A stretch of 64,000 bases of DNA from Squalus acanthias (taxonomy: Eukaryota): positions 49,416,001 to 49,480,000 of the forward strand of contig CM059432.1 of the NCBI GenBank assembly GCA_030390025.1. Direction: 5' to 3'. Below, in pieces: positions 1-11,791 of this stretch. The position numbers and the translations under genes were made by a program. A model generated the notes under the pieces. The model did no database searches and was not told the origin of the DNA. It saw only the letters and a program-made list of their open reading frames with translations. Every line of letters starts with the position of its first letter. Within the stretch, counting starts at the first letter, position 1.

Positions 1-539
1 GGGATATTTGGCATAATCGCAAAATGTGAGGGCGGGTTCGGAACCCGCCTCCAAGCAATTTTGCCAGAGGCGGGTTTCATGGGTGCGATTCGGTCCCGCC
101 TCCATCAGTCGGGGGAGGTAGTTAAGACCCTTAAATAGTCGTTAAGGGCCTCTATAATCCTATTTTGACAGGCCTTTGTTATTTTGCCACATTTTGTGCA
201 TGTTGCACGACCCTCCTAAACCACGCCAGCTAATCCTGGCGGGTTGACAAGTGGGTGGCCTCCTCACAGCTGCAGCTCCACCATTAAAACGGAGCTTTCA
301 TCAGGGAAACATAGAAGATCGGAGCAGGAGTAGGCCATTTTTGACAGATGAAACGTCATACGCTGACGTTCTCTGTAACCGGTTTTCCCTTAATTGGCCT
401 GCTAAGCCCGCTGGGCGGGCTTAACAAGGTCAATCAAGGGAAAATAGCGTGGGTTGGCCAGAAGTTGATGGAGGCGGGACTAAAACCCGACAAGTGGGAG
501 TCCCGCCTCCAAAAGCTCCCCATTGGCAAAATCCAGCCC
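1..539 (+). mobile_element. Non-autonomous Harbinger derivative (MITE); left end lies outside the window; contains 34 bp of a CR1 3' end
   Basis: 21-339 is colinear with 36021-36339, the left arm of the Harbinger at 35967 plus its CR1 junction. 340-539 resembles the Myb-proximal ends of the Harbingers at 13454 and 61089. It ends in a TIR-like aaaatccagccc and is followed by a short CR1 RT fragment (540-582). Confidence 0.8.
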
Positions 540-582
540 GTAGTAAACAGTGAGGTGGATAGTAACAAACTTCAGGAAGACA

Positions 583-1479
583 AGGGGAAAAATTCAGTTG
601 GTTGCGCCTCCCGTTAGCGCCTTAAGAGGGCGCTAATGGGGCGCAAAGCATCTAGCGCCCAGGCGCGGCAAAGTTTGCGCCGCTCGCGAAATTAACTAGA
701 CATTTTGCGGTGGCGCTAAACACTACCGCCACGATCTCCTGCGCCGGCAGATTGTGACGTCAGTCGAGTGCGCAATGCCCCGGTATCGCCCCGGAGCGGA
801 TATTGAGTGGCACCCCCTGCCTTACCGCCTGACGCTAGCAACGACAGGTTGAGGGGAGCGTTCTGCAGTCATGAAGGGAAAGGGGGAGCACTATTTAAAG
901 GTGACCGCTTCCTGCCTTTTATTGTTGGTGCCATTTTTGAATTACGCATTCCGAGAGAGAGAGAGAGAGAGAGACTTCTGGAGAGATTCAACGTTGTGTG
1001 AAGGAGTTTTGGGTACTGAGCAGCACTTTGCAGGTTCATTTTGATTTGCCATTCCTTGTATCGATTTAGAAGAGACTGTGGGGGCTGCACTCGGAGCTCT
1101 TTGCCTGGTACTCTCCATCGTTCTTTCCAGCAGATTTGATGTGCAGGTCTCTCCAGGCCGAGATTCAAGGCTGCAATGAGCAGGATGTGGATGGAAAGCA
1201 AGATCAACCATCCCCTTTAAGAACTGGCCCGTGCCATTGTGTGTGTGTTCCATTGCTGACTGACATTACATGAGCTTCGCCAGCGCTCTGAGGTAGCGCC
1301 TCGCTCCTCGGCCTTTGCGCCTTAAGACAGGTGTGAAGCGCCTGATTTAGCGCTCCAATCACCTCCAGGGGCGATAAAAGTCAAGTTTGCAGTCGGTGGC
1401 GATAATTAGCGCCAGGCGCTAATCTTTGCGCCCGGCCGATAATTGCGCCCCAAATGGGGCGATACTGAATTTCTCACCC
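583..1479. mobile_element. Harbinger-type MITE (GC-rich family also at 11792 and 17862)
   Basis: Imperfect TIRs aggggaaaaattcagt / actgaatttctcaccc; subterminal ttgcgcctcccg...ggcgctaatggggcgc shared with 17862 and, inverted, with 12529; internal (GA)n at about 952-974. Confidence 0.75.
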
Positions 1480-1482
1480 ATA

Positions 1483-1889
1483 GAGTGGACCTGAGCGGCA
1501 GCGAGAAGAGGAGCGGCGGCATAAATACAGCAGGAGAGAAGGCCTCAGGTACAGCGGACCTGAGCGGTAGCACATTCGAATTCAAAAACAACAAAAAAAT
1601 CAAGGAGTGACATCATGGGCCAGCAGGTTGGTGACTGGTTGGTGAGTATTACAGCTCTTTTGCTCTCTAGGTTAAGTAAGTGGATTAAATTCAGAACTAG
1701 GAGAGTATTAACTATTATAACTTTATTGAACTAATAATTTAAACTAAATTAACTAATTCAAATTAAAAATTAAAACTAAAATAATCATTTGAATAAAATC
1801 TGTAATTAATGATATAAATAAAATAATGTTAGATAGAGATGGCAGTGCAGGTGGTGTGTCGTAACTGCAGCATGTGGGAGTCGGTGGAG
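1483..1889 (+). mobile_element. 5' end of a CR1 LINE (GC-rich 5'UTR and ORF1 start)
   Basis: ggacctgagcgg repeats; motif gtgacatca...caggttggtgactggttggtgagtatt homologous to 43745-43789; ATG at 1839 encodes MAVQVVCRNCSMWE, homologous to the ORF1 N-terminus at 43953 (VVCSSCAMWE). Confidence 0.75.
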
Positions 1890-2368
1890 TCAGTGCATTC
1901 CAAATTCTAACTCGCTGCGTAATTTTTTTTTTCTTATGTCGCCTCTGGTTCTTTTGTCAATCACCTTAAAACTGTGTCCTCTGCTTTTCGACCCCTTTGT
2001 CAATGGTAACAGTTTCTCTCTATCTACTCTTTCCAGACACCTCGTGATTTTGAACACCTCTATCAAATCTCCTCTGAATCTTCTCTGCTCTAAGGAGAAC
2101 AACCCCAGCTTCTCCAGTCTATCCACGTAATTGAAGTCCCTCATCCCTGGAATCATTCTCATAAATCTTTTCTGCACCCTCTCCAAGGCCTTCATATCCT
2201 TCCGAAACTGCAGTGCCCAGAATTGGACACAATACTCCAGTTGAGGCTGAACCAGTGTTTTATACAGGTTCATCATAATTTCCACGCTTTTGTATTCTAT
2301 ACCTATTCATAAAGCCCAGGATCCCATAAGCTTCTTTAACTGCTTTCTCAACCTGCCCTGCCACCTTC
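1890..2368 (-). mobile_element. CR1 LINE ORF2 C-terminal fragment
   Basis: ORF 1890-2285 has the CR1 C-terminal motifs LYKTLVQPQLEYCVQFW, LERVQKRF and LGLFSLEQRR. Confidence 0.9.
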
Positions 2369-2670
2369 AACTTGAATTAGACAAGTTAGTAAGAACGAGG
2401 GGACATGCGTACAAGCTATGCAAGAATAGAACTAGGTTAGATGGCAGGAGGTTTTGCTTTACCAAGAGGATAGGTTGCCAACTCATGCAACGGTACATCG
2501 CTAGGGTTTTTTAAATCTGTTTTTTTAAAAATTCTCCCAGATTACATGGCTGTTGGTGGATGGGGAGTATTGTTGGGGGGGTCGTGTTACTTAGTTACAA
2601 CATAGCTGAATGGGACAGACTTGATGGACCTGCTGGTCTTATTTTGTCTGTCTTTTTGATATGTTCCTAT
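2369..2670 (+). mobile_element. Old CR1-subfamily 3' end
   Basis: Encodes RTRGHAYKL...RRFCFT; the 3'UTR attacatggctg...gatggacc...tatgttcctatg is shared with 11365-11610 and 9850-9970. Confidence 0.7.
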
Positions 2671-3700
2671 GACTGAAACTTGGCTCATAGGTGACAACAC
2701 ATTGCCTATCTGGCTATGCTTTTCACCTTCTGCACCACCCAAAAAACCGCAGTGGTGGCATGGCCCTCATCACCAAATAACCTTGGTCTTTCCTCCCACT
2801 CCTCTGCCACCTTTTTCTCCTTTGATCAGCTCACCCTGTTCTATCCCTCTCACCTCCTTTAAAATCCCTGTTCTCTACCACGCCCCCAAGCCGCTCTGTG
2901 TTTCTCAGAGATATCCATTCTCAGCCACTGCACTGAGTGACTCTTCATCCTCATTGATTTCAATCTGCATCACAGCACCCCCTGCCCTCACTCCTCTGAA
3001 TTTATCACCCTTCTGTCCTCCCTAATTATATTACAACAGTGACTACACTCCAAAAGTACTTCATTGGTTGTAAAGTGCTTTGAGACGTCCGGTGGTCGTG
3101 AAAGGTGCTATATAAATTTAAGTATTTCTTTCTTTCTAAACCCCTCCCTTCATACACGCTCTCTTACCTATATTTATGGCCACTCCCTCAACCTTACCAC
3201 CTCCCATGGCCCCTTTACTCCCATGGTCTCACCATATCAGCCTACCCCCTTTGAACCCCACTTCCTTCAGCAGCTATACCTGAAAATAAACAATTCCCGC
3301 TCATCACTTACAAATTCCAACTTTGACCCTCTATTTGCCATGAAACCTGTGCACTTGTCAATTTGCTCAACCAGTGCCTCACCTCCACCTAAGACCACCT
3401 GGCTACCGTCTATCATCATGGTCATTATCCCGGGACAGACCCCATCTTCAGTCCCTCAAGTCAAAAGGGTACAGACTTGCACATATCCACATCATTTGTC
3501 TAGACCACATCAAGGTCCAGCTGGCTTCACTCACCCCTGCCAAAACGATGTACTAATATAGGATCATCCTGGAGAGCAAAAATAACCCCAGGTTCTTTTG
3601 TTCCACTACCAGTCATCTCCTTAAACCAATCCCCCCGTCCCCTCCACCCTCACCTCTAACAAAAAGTGCGAGAAGCTTATGGATTTCTTTGTCACAACAA
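2669..3700 (+). mobile_element. Degraded L2-type LINE endonuclease region
   Basis: Begins MTETWL (APE motif); C-rich frameshifted sequence with remnants such as HIYGHSLNL; interrupted by a SINE tail. Confidence 0.6.
3026..3136 (+). mobile_element. 3' tail of a Deu-domain SINE
   Basis: acaacagtgactacact...aaagtgctttgagacgtcc...gaaaggtgctatataaat matches the reverse complement of 16775-16865. Confidence 0.75.
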
Positions 3701-3917
3701 ATATGGGGGAATAAAACTCAACACCCACCCTATCATAACAACTTACATTTTTCTACATTAAAGGTGTTCTATAAATGTAAGGAACCCTTCCTTATACTGC
3801 AGTTACAATTAAATATTTCTTATCTTGAATGAAAGTGAATATTTCATCAGAGTTGGTGAATGTTTGCATTTATGAAACAAAAGAAATCTTTGTCCTAGAA
3901 TACAATATTTTCTCCTT

Positions 3918-4150
3918 TTAACACCTCATATCAGCATTAAGCATTCCAAGGTCAAACATAGGAAGGGCCAAATACAGACTAAAGCTTCCTCTACTCTGCC
4001 CAACAACTTTATTTTTAACTCCAACCTCAAAGAAGCATCCCGACTGACGCACTTGAATTTTTCCATTCCCCGTACCAAATATCCCCAAGGGCTGAGTAAG
4101 AATGTCAATCTCTGCTGATCTTTGGGAAGCTTTGTGCTGTAGGTTTGAGA
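3918..4150. mobile_element. Old interspersed repeat fragment (SINE-like family also at 61100-61500)
   Basis: tatcagcattaagcattcc...aaagcttcctctactctgcccaacaa aligns with 61178-61248. Confidence 0.5.
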
Positions 4151-4180
4151 TCACTAGAAGCTGTTCTGAGATTGCCTAAC

Positions 4181-4674
4181 GTTCTGATGTAGTTGATGAA
4201 TTGAAAATCTTATAAAAATACTAGATTATTCCAATCATTTCTGAACAAAAAAGTAAGAGAGATTACAATCATCTAATTACAGAAAACCCATCAACTAGAA
4301 CAATTACATCCAGTTCATCTATAATACTGTGTCCATCACATGGTGGGTGATATAAAGGCCCTGGGAAATGTTCAGAGGAGGCCATTAGATTAATACCTAT
4401 CTTAAATGCCCTTAATTATCACAATAGGCTCAGAGAGCTGGGTCTTTTCACTGTAGAAAAGTGTAGACGTCAGGCAGATTTAATTGAGGCATTTAAATTT
4501 ACGAAAAGGACTAGATTGTGTCCAAGTGAACAGATTATTTGAATTAGATGAGTTAGGGAGAACGAGGGGGCATTTATAAAAGTTATGTAAGCTTTGCTGT
4601 TCAGATTGTTCAGAAATGACTGGAATAATCTAGTATTTTTATAAGATTTTCAATGCATCAAGCTACATCAGAAC
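4181..4674. repeat. ~68-bp inverted repeat (4181-4248 / 4606-4674) enclosing a CR1 fragment (about 4340-4592)
   Basis: gttctgatgtagttgatgaattgaaaatcttataaaaatactagattattccaatcatttctgaacaa matches the reverse complement of 4606-4674 with about 3 differences. Confidence 0.9.
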
Positions 4675-4717
4675 ATGTTTGTCATGAGTTTGTACTGTTC
4701 TTTCAACCAAAATATGA

Positions 4718-4810
4718 GGGGTACAGTAGCATAGTGGTTATGTCACTGAACTAGTAATCCAAAGGCCTGGGCTAATGATCCAGTAGATCCCAGTTCATAA
4801 TCCCACCATG
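4718..4810 (+). promoter_or_regulatory. tRNA-derived internal Pol III promoter (A box 4727-4737, degenerate B box about 4792-4803)
   Basis: tagcatagtgg fits TRGCNNARYGG; agttcataatcc is B-box-like, and copy 2 has the cleaner gagttcaaatcc on the minus strand near 28071-28082. Confidence 0.7.
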
Positions 4811-6760
4811 GCAGCTGGGTAAATTAATTAATTAAATAAATCTGGAATAAAAAGCTACCATCAGTAATAGTGACCATGAAACTACCTAATTGTAATAAAA
4901 ACCTATCTGGTTCACTAATGTCCTTTTAGGGAAGGAAAAGAAATCTGTTGTCCGTACCCGGTCTGGCCTATATGTGACTCCAGACACACAGCAATATGGT
5001 TGACACTTAACTGCCCTTTGAAGTGGCCTAGCAAGCCTCTGTATCTAAACCGTTATGAAAAATTATAACAAGAATAAAACCAGACCGACCGACCGATATC
5101 GACCTAGGCACCAGATTTGGCCATGAAAAGGCACGCCTAGCCCAGTCAACTCTGCAAAGTACGCCTCACTAACATCTGGGGACTTGCTCCAAAATTGAGA
5201 AAGCTGCGCCAAAAATGGGAGAGCTGTCCACAAATTAGTCAAGCAACAGCCTGACAGAGTCATACTCGCAGAATCATATCTTTTAGCCAACGTCCCAGAT
5301 TCCTGCATTAGCATCCCTGGGTCTCTCCTGCCGGGATACAACTGTGGCGGCACAGTGGTATACAGTCAGCAGGGAGTGGCCCTGGAAGTCCTCAACATTG
5401 ACTCCGGACCCCATGAAGTCTCATGGTATCAGGTCAAACATGGGCATGGAAACCTCCTGCTGATTACCACCTACCGCCCTCCCTCAGCTGATGAATCAGT
5501 ACTCCTCCATGTTGAACACCACTTGAAAGAAGCACGGAGGGTAGCAACGGCACAGAATGTACTTTGGGTGGGGGACATCAAAGTCCATCACCAAGAGTAG
5601 CTCGGTCGCACCACTACTGACCGAGCCATGAAGGACATAGCTGCCAGACTTGACCTGCAGCAGGTGGTGAGAGAACCAACACGAGGGAAAAACCTACTTG
5701 ACCTCGTCCTCACCAATCTACCTGTCGCAGATGCATCTGTCCATGACAGCATTGGTAGCAGTGACCACCGCACAGCCATTGTGGAGACGAAGTCCCGTCT
5801 TCACACTGAGGACACCCTCCATCGTGTTGTGTGGCACTACTGCCGTGCTAAATGGGATAGATTCAGAACAGATCTAGCAGCTCAAAACTGGGCATCCATG
5901 AGGCGTTGTGGGCCATCAGCAGCAGCAGAATTGTATTCCACCACAATCTGCAACCTCATGGCCCGGCATATCCCTCACTCTACCATTACCATCAAGCCAG
6001 GGGACCAACCCTGGTCAATAAGGAGTGTAGAAGAGCATGCAAGGAGCAGCACCAGGCGTACCTAAAAATGAGGTGCCAACCTGGGGAAGCTGCAACACAG
6101 GACTACATGCATGCAAAAAAGTGGAAGCAGCATGCTATAGACAGAGCTAAGTGATCCCACAATCAACGCATCAGATCAAAGCTCTGCAGTCCTGCCATTT
6201 CCAGTCGTGACTGGTGGTGGACCATTGAACAATAACGGGAGGAGGAGGCTCCATGAATATCCCCATCCTCAATGATGGTGGAGCACAGCACATTTGCAAC
6301 CATCTTCAGCCAGAAGTGCCGAATGGATGATCCATATCAGCCTCCTCCTGAGGTCCCCACCACCACAGAAGCCAGTTTTCAGCCAATCCGATTCACTCCA
6401 CGTGATATCAAGAAACGGCTGAGTGCACTGGATACAGCAAAGGCTGTGGGCCCCGACAACATCCCGGCTGTCGTGCTGAATACTTGTGCTCCAGAACTAG
6501 CTGCGCCTCTAGCCAAGCTGTTCCAGTACAGCTATAACACTGGCATCTATCCGACAATGTGAAAAACTGCCCAGGTATGTCCTGTCCACAAATAGCAGGA
6601 CAAATCCAATCCGGCCAATTACCGCCCCATCAGTCTACTCTCAATCATCAGCAAAGTGATGGAAGGTGTAGTCGACATTGCTAGCAAGTGGCACTTACTC
6701 ACCAATAACCTGCTCACTGATGCCCAATTTGGGTTCCGCCAAGACCACTCGGCTCCAGAC

Positions 6761-7772
6761 AGAGGGAAAGTAGAAAGTGAGGAGGACATAAAAAACCTAC
6801 AAGGGGATATAGACAAGCTGGGTGAGTGGGCAGAGATTTGGCAGATGCAATACAATATTGGAAAATGTGAGGTTATGCACTTTGGCAGGAAAAATCAGAG
6901 AGCAAGTTATTATCTTAATGGCGAGAAACTGGAAAGTACTGCAGTACAAAGGGATCTGGGGGTCCTAGTGCAAGAAAATCAGAAAGTTAGTATGCAGGTG
7001 CAGCAGGTGATCAAGAAGGCCAACGGAATGTTGGCTTTTATTGCTAGGGGGATAGATTATAAAAACAGGGAGGTATTGCTGCAGTTATATAAGGTATTGG
7101 TGAGACCGCATCTGGAATACTGCATACAGTTTTGGTGTCCATACTTAAGAAAAGACATACTTGCTCTCGAGGCAGTACAAAGAAGGTTCACTCGGTTAAT
7201 CCCTGGGATGAGGGGGTGGACATACGAGGAGAGGTTGAGTAGATTGGGACTCTACTCATTGGAGTTCAGAAGAATGAGAGGCGATCTTATTGAAACATAT
7301 AAGATTGTGAAGGGGCTTGATCGGGTGGATGCGGTAAGGATGTTCCCAAGGATGGGTGAAACTAGAACTAGGGGGCATAATCTTAGAATAAGGGGCTGCT
7401 CTTTCAAAACTGAGATGAGGAGAAACTTCTTCACTCAGAGGGTAGTAGGTCTGTGGAATTTGCTGCCCCAGGAAGCTGTGGAAGCTACATCATTAAATAA
7501 ATTTAAAACAGAAATAGACAGTTTCCTAGAAGTAAAGGGAATTAGGGGTTACGGGGAGCGGGCAGGAAATTGGACATGAGGCTGAGTTCGGATCGGTCGA
7601 GGCCCTGTGGGTGGCGTAGCGGGCCCAGGGGCTGAGTGGCCGGGTCCTGCTCCTACTTCTTGTGTTCTTTAGATTTGAGGTGAGGATCAGATCAGCCATG
7701 ATCTTATTGAATGGCGGAGCAGGCTCGAAGGGCCGATTGGCCTACTCCTGCTCCTATTTCTTATGTTCTTAT
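6761..7772 (+). mobile_element. Young 5'-truncated CR1 LINE nested in the tRNA-headed LINE
   Basis: Open RT C-terminal frame to 7579; near-identical to 47127-48137; ends in ttcttatgttcttat; the host sequence ggctccagac | tacagccttgg resumes on either side. Confidence 0.95.
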
Positions 7773-8977
7773 TACAGCCTTGGTCCAAACATGGACAAAA
7801 GAGCTGAATTCCAGAGGTGAAGTGAGAGTGACTGCCCTTGACATCAAGGCAGCATTTGACTGAGTGTCGAATCAAGGAGCCCTGGTAATACTGAAGTCAA
7901 TGGGAATCAGGGGGAAAACTCTCCACTGGCTGGAGTCATACCTAGCACAAAGGAAGATGGTTGTGATGGTTGGAAGTCAATCATCACAGCCCCAGGATAT
8001 CACTGCAGGAGTTCCTCAGGGCAGTGTCCTAGGCCCAACCATCTTCAGCTACTTCATCAATGACCTTCCCTCCATCATAAAGTCAGAAGTGGGGATGTTC
8101 GCTGATGATTGCACAGTGTTCAGCGCCATTCACAACTCCTCAGCTCATGAAGCAGTCCATGCCCGCTTGCAGCAAGACCTTGATGACATTCAGGCTTGGG
8201 CTGATAAGTGGCAGCTAACATTCACGCCACACAAGTGCCAGGCAATGACTATCTCCAAAAAGAGAGCTCCTTAACATTCAATGGTATTACCATTGCCGAA
8301 TCCCCCACCATCAACATCTTGGGGGCACCATTGACCAGAAACTTAACTGGACCAGCCACATAAATACTGTGGCAACAAGAGCAGGTCAGAGGCTGGGTAT
8401 TCTGCGGCAAGTGTCTCACCTCCTGACTCCCCAAATCCTTTCCACTATCTACAAGGCACAAGTCAGGAGTGTGATGGAATACTCTCCATCATTACAGCCC
8501 CAACATCATTCAAGAAGCTCGACACCATCCAAGACAAAGCAGTCCGCTTGATTAGCACCCCATCCACCACCTTAAACATTCACTCCCTCCACCACTGGCG
8601 TACCATGGCTGCCATGTGTACCATCTTCAAGATGCACTGCAGCAACTCGCCAAGGCTTCTTCGGCAGCACCTCCCAAACCCACGACCTCTACCAGCTAGA
8701 AGGACAAGGGCAGCAGGCACATGGAAACACCATCACCTCCAAGTTCCCCTCCAAGTCACACACCATCCTGACTTGGAAGTATGTCGCCGTTCCTTCATCG
8801 TCGCTGGGTCAAAACCCTGGAACTCCCTCCCTAACAGCACTGTGGGAGTACCTTCACCATACAGACTGCAGCAGTTCAAGAAGGCGGCTCACCACCACCT
8901 TCTCAAGGGCAACTAGGGATGGGCAATAAATGCTGGCTTTGCCAGCGACACCCGCATCCCATGAACAAATTTTAAAA

Positions 8978-11352
8978 AACAGTAAATGATCCATGGGAGT
9001 CCTTCAAAGAGGAGATAGTTCGGGTACAGAATAGACACATTCCAATGAGGGAAAAAAGGCCATCCAAAGCTAGAGCTCCCTGGATGACTAAAGAAAGATT
9101 AAAATGAAACAGAAAAAGGAGGCTTATGAGAAATGTCAGGTTCATAATACAGTAGAGAATCAAGCTGAATACAGAGAGAGTGCAGAGGAAAACTGAAAAA
9201 GGGAATAAGAGGGGGAAAGAGAATGTATTTGAAAAGATTAACAGGTAACATAGAAGGGAACACTGAAGTCTTTTCTAAACATAGAAAGAGTAAAAGGGTA
9301 GTCAAGGGAAGAGTGAAGCTGATTAGAGACCAAAAAGGAAATCTTATTGTGGAGGCCGAGGACATGGCTGAGGTACTAACTGAGTACTTTGCATCTGACA
9401 TCACTAAAAAAAGGATGCTGTCAATGTTACAGTAAAGGAGGAGGGGGTAGAGGAATTGGATAGGATAAAAATAAAGAGGTACTAAAACACCTGGCAGTGT
9501 AGAAAAGTCACCCGGCCCAGATGGGATGCATCTTCGGTTGCTGAGAAATGTATGGGTGGATAAAGCGGAGGCTCTGCCCACAAACTTTCAATCCTCCTTG
9601 GAAATGGGAGTGGTACAAGAGGACTGGAGGGTTGCAAGTGTTACACCCCTGTTCAAAAAAGGGGAGATAGATAAACCAGGTAACTACGAGCCAGTCAACC
9701 TAACATTGACGGTGGGGAAACTTCTCGAGACAATAATCTGAGACAAAATTAATTGTCACTTGGAAGAACATGGGTTAATAAATGACAGCCCGCACAGATT
9801 TGTTAAAAGCAAATCCTGTTTGACTAACTTGATTTAGGTTCTTCGATGAACGATCACATGGTTTTTGCGTGGAGTGGAGAGTATATATATTGTGATGCAT
9901 CACAATTGTGCGGGACAGGCTGGATGGACCAGAGGGTCTTTTCCGTTCAGTCATTGTTCGTACGTTTGTATGAAGGTTGATTTTGTGTATTTGGACTTTC
10001 AAAAGACACTTGATAAAGTGCCACATAATAGACTGGTTAGCAAAATTGAAGCCCACGGGATTAAAGGGGCAGTGGCGGCTGACAAGACAGAAAACAGAGA
10101 GTAGTAGTGAACGGTTGTTTTTCCAGACTGGAGGGAAGTATACAGTGTTGTTCCCCAGAGGTCGGTATTAGGACCACTGTTCTTTTTGATATGTATTAAT
10201 GGCCTGGACTTGGGTATGGGGGCATAATTTCAAAGTTTGTGGCTGACACAAAGCTTGGAAATGTAGTAAACAGCGGAGGAGGATAGTAACAGACTTCAGG
10301 AGGACATAGACAGACTGGTGAAATGGGAAGACACATGGCAAATGAAATTTAATGCAGAGAAGTATGAAGTGATGCATTTTGGAAGGAAAAATGAGAGGCA
10401 GTATAAACTAAATAATACAATTTAAAGGGGGTGCAGGAACAAGGAGACCTGGGGGTGTATGCACGCAAATCTTTGAAGGTGAAAGGACAAGTCGATAAGG
10501 CTGTTAATAAGGCCTACGGGATCCTTGGGCATATTAATAGAGGCATAGCATACAAAAGCAAGGAAATGATGGTAAATCTTTATAAATCACTGGTTACACC
10601 TCAGCTAGAGTAGTGTGTTCAATTCTGGGCACCACAATTTAGAAAGGGTGTCAAGGCCTTGGAGAGAGTACAGAAGAGATTTACTAGAATGGTACCAGAG
10701 ATGAGGGAACTTATTTATGTTGGGAGACTAGAAAAGCTGGGCTTGTTCTCCTTAAAGCAAAGGAGGTTAAGGGGAGATTTAATAGAGCCTTTCAAAATTA
10801 TGAGAAGTTTTGACAGCGTAGATAACAACAACAACTTGCATTAAAAAGCATCTTTAACGTAGTAAAATATCCCAATGCGCTTCACAGGAGCAAACAAAAT
10901 TGGACACCGAGCCACATAAGATGATATTAGGACAGATGATCAAAAGTTTGGTCAAAGAGGTAGGTTTTAAGGAGCGTTTTAAAGGATGAGAGAGAAGTAG
11001 AGAGGCTGAGTGGCTTAGGGGGTTAATTAGATAGGGAGAAACTGTTTCCACTAGCAGGAGGGTCAGTAACTGGAGGACACAGATTTAAGATAATTGGCAA
11101 AAAATCCAGCGAGGTGAAAGAAGGAGGAAATGTCTTACTCATTGTGTTATGATGTTCTGGAATGCATTGCCTGAAAGGGTGGCGGAAGCAGATTAGATAG
11201 TAACTTTCAAAAGGGAATTGGATATATGCTTGAAAAAGAAAAATTTGAAGGGCTATGGGGAAAGAGCAGGAGAGTGGTACTAATTGGTAGCTCTTTCAGA
11301 GAACACAGGCATCATGGGCCGAATGGCCTCCTTCTGTGCTGTATGATTCTAT
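8978..11352 (+). mobile_element. Degraded CR1 LINE (ORF2 RT region and 3' end) with nested inserts
   Basis: Fragments encode VTPLFKKG, VYLDFQK..DKVPH and LGLFSL; the 3' end is gtatgattctatg. Confidence 0.9.
10825..11027 (-). mobile_element. L2 LINE 3' terminal fragment inserted into a CR1
   Basis: Flanked by a tagata duplication (10819-10824 / 11028-11033); encodes an L2-like C-terminus (LKRSLKPTSL); ends in a (gtt)n tail; terminal sequence resembles the Deu-SINE tail. Confidence 0.7.
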
Positions 11353-11791
11353 GAGCCTCATGGTCACTGTAGTCTCCTGTCTTGATCGTCTTCTGTGGTT
11401 GGAGTGTAATATCCCTGAATTTTGTTGTCCCCGAATTGGCCTAGAGATTTTAAAATATCGTTTTTTGTTTCTTTCAGGAGATTACATGGCTGCTGGTGGG
11501 TGGGCCCATTGTGGATCCTGATGCTTAGTCGCAACATTACTGTATGGGACATGCTCAATAGACCAGCTGATCTTTTCCTGTCTATCATTTTCGTATGTTC
11601 ATATGTTCTTCTGCCAACCTTGGTTCATAATCCTGAGAATTATGTTTAAGCTTAAACTTGACATTTTAACATGGTAATGTCAAAGACATTTCAATAATAA
11701 TCCTTTAGCAAAAGAACACACAAACAACATAAACATATTCCAAAGAAATTGATATCCTGGCTGTAAAGTGTGCAAATTCCAAAAGCACTTA

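Larger units (their letters stand above)
4718..8972 (+). mobile_element. Single-ORF APE-RT LINE (CR1/L2 group) with a tRNA-like 5' head, copy 1; decayed and interrupted by a CR1 at 6761-7772
   Basis: APE motifs (TNIWGL, YRPPS, LDLVLTN, SDH) and RT motifs (GPDNIP, YRPISLLS, GVPQGSVLGP, FADD) across frameshifted ORFs 5355-8916; 3' tail gggcaataaatgctggc...catcccatgaac; colinear with 24972-28152. Confidence 0.9.

Noticed and set aside
4718..4810. Functional tRNA gene
   Set aside because: It has A/B-box-like motifs only, with no convincing cloverleaf, and is contiguous with a retroelement body.
6656..7579. 307-aa ORF as a real gene
   Set aside because: It is a chance in-frame fusion of a host LINE fragment and a nested CR1.
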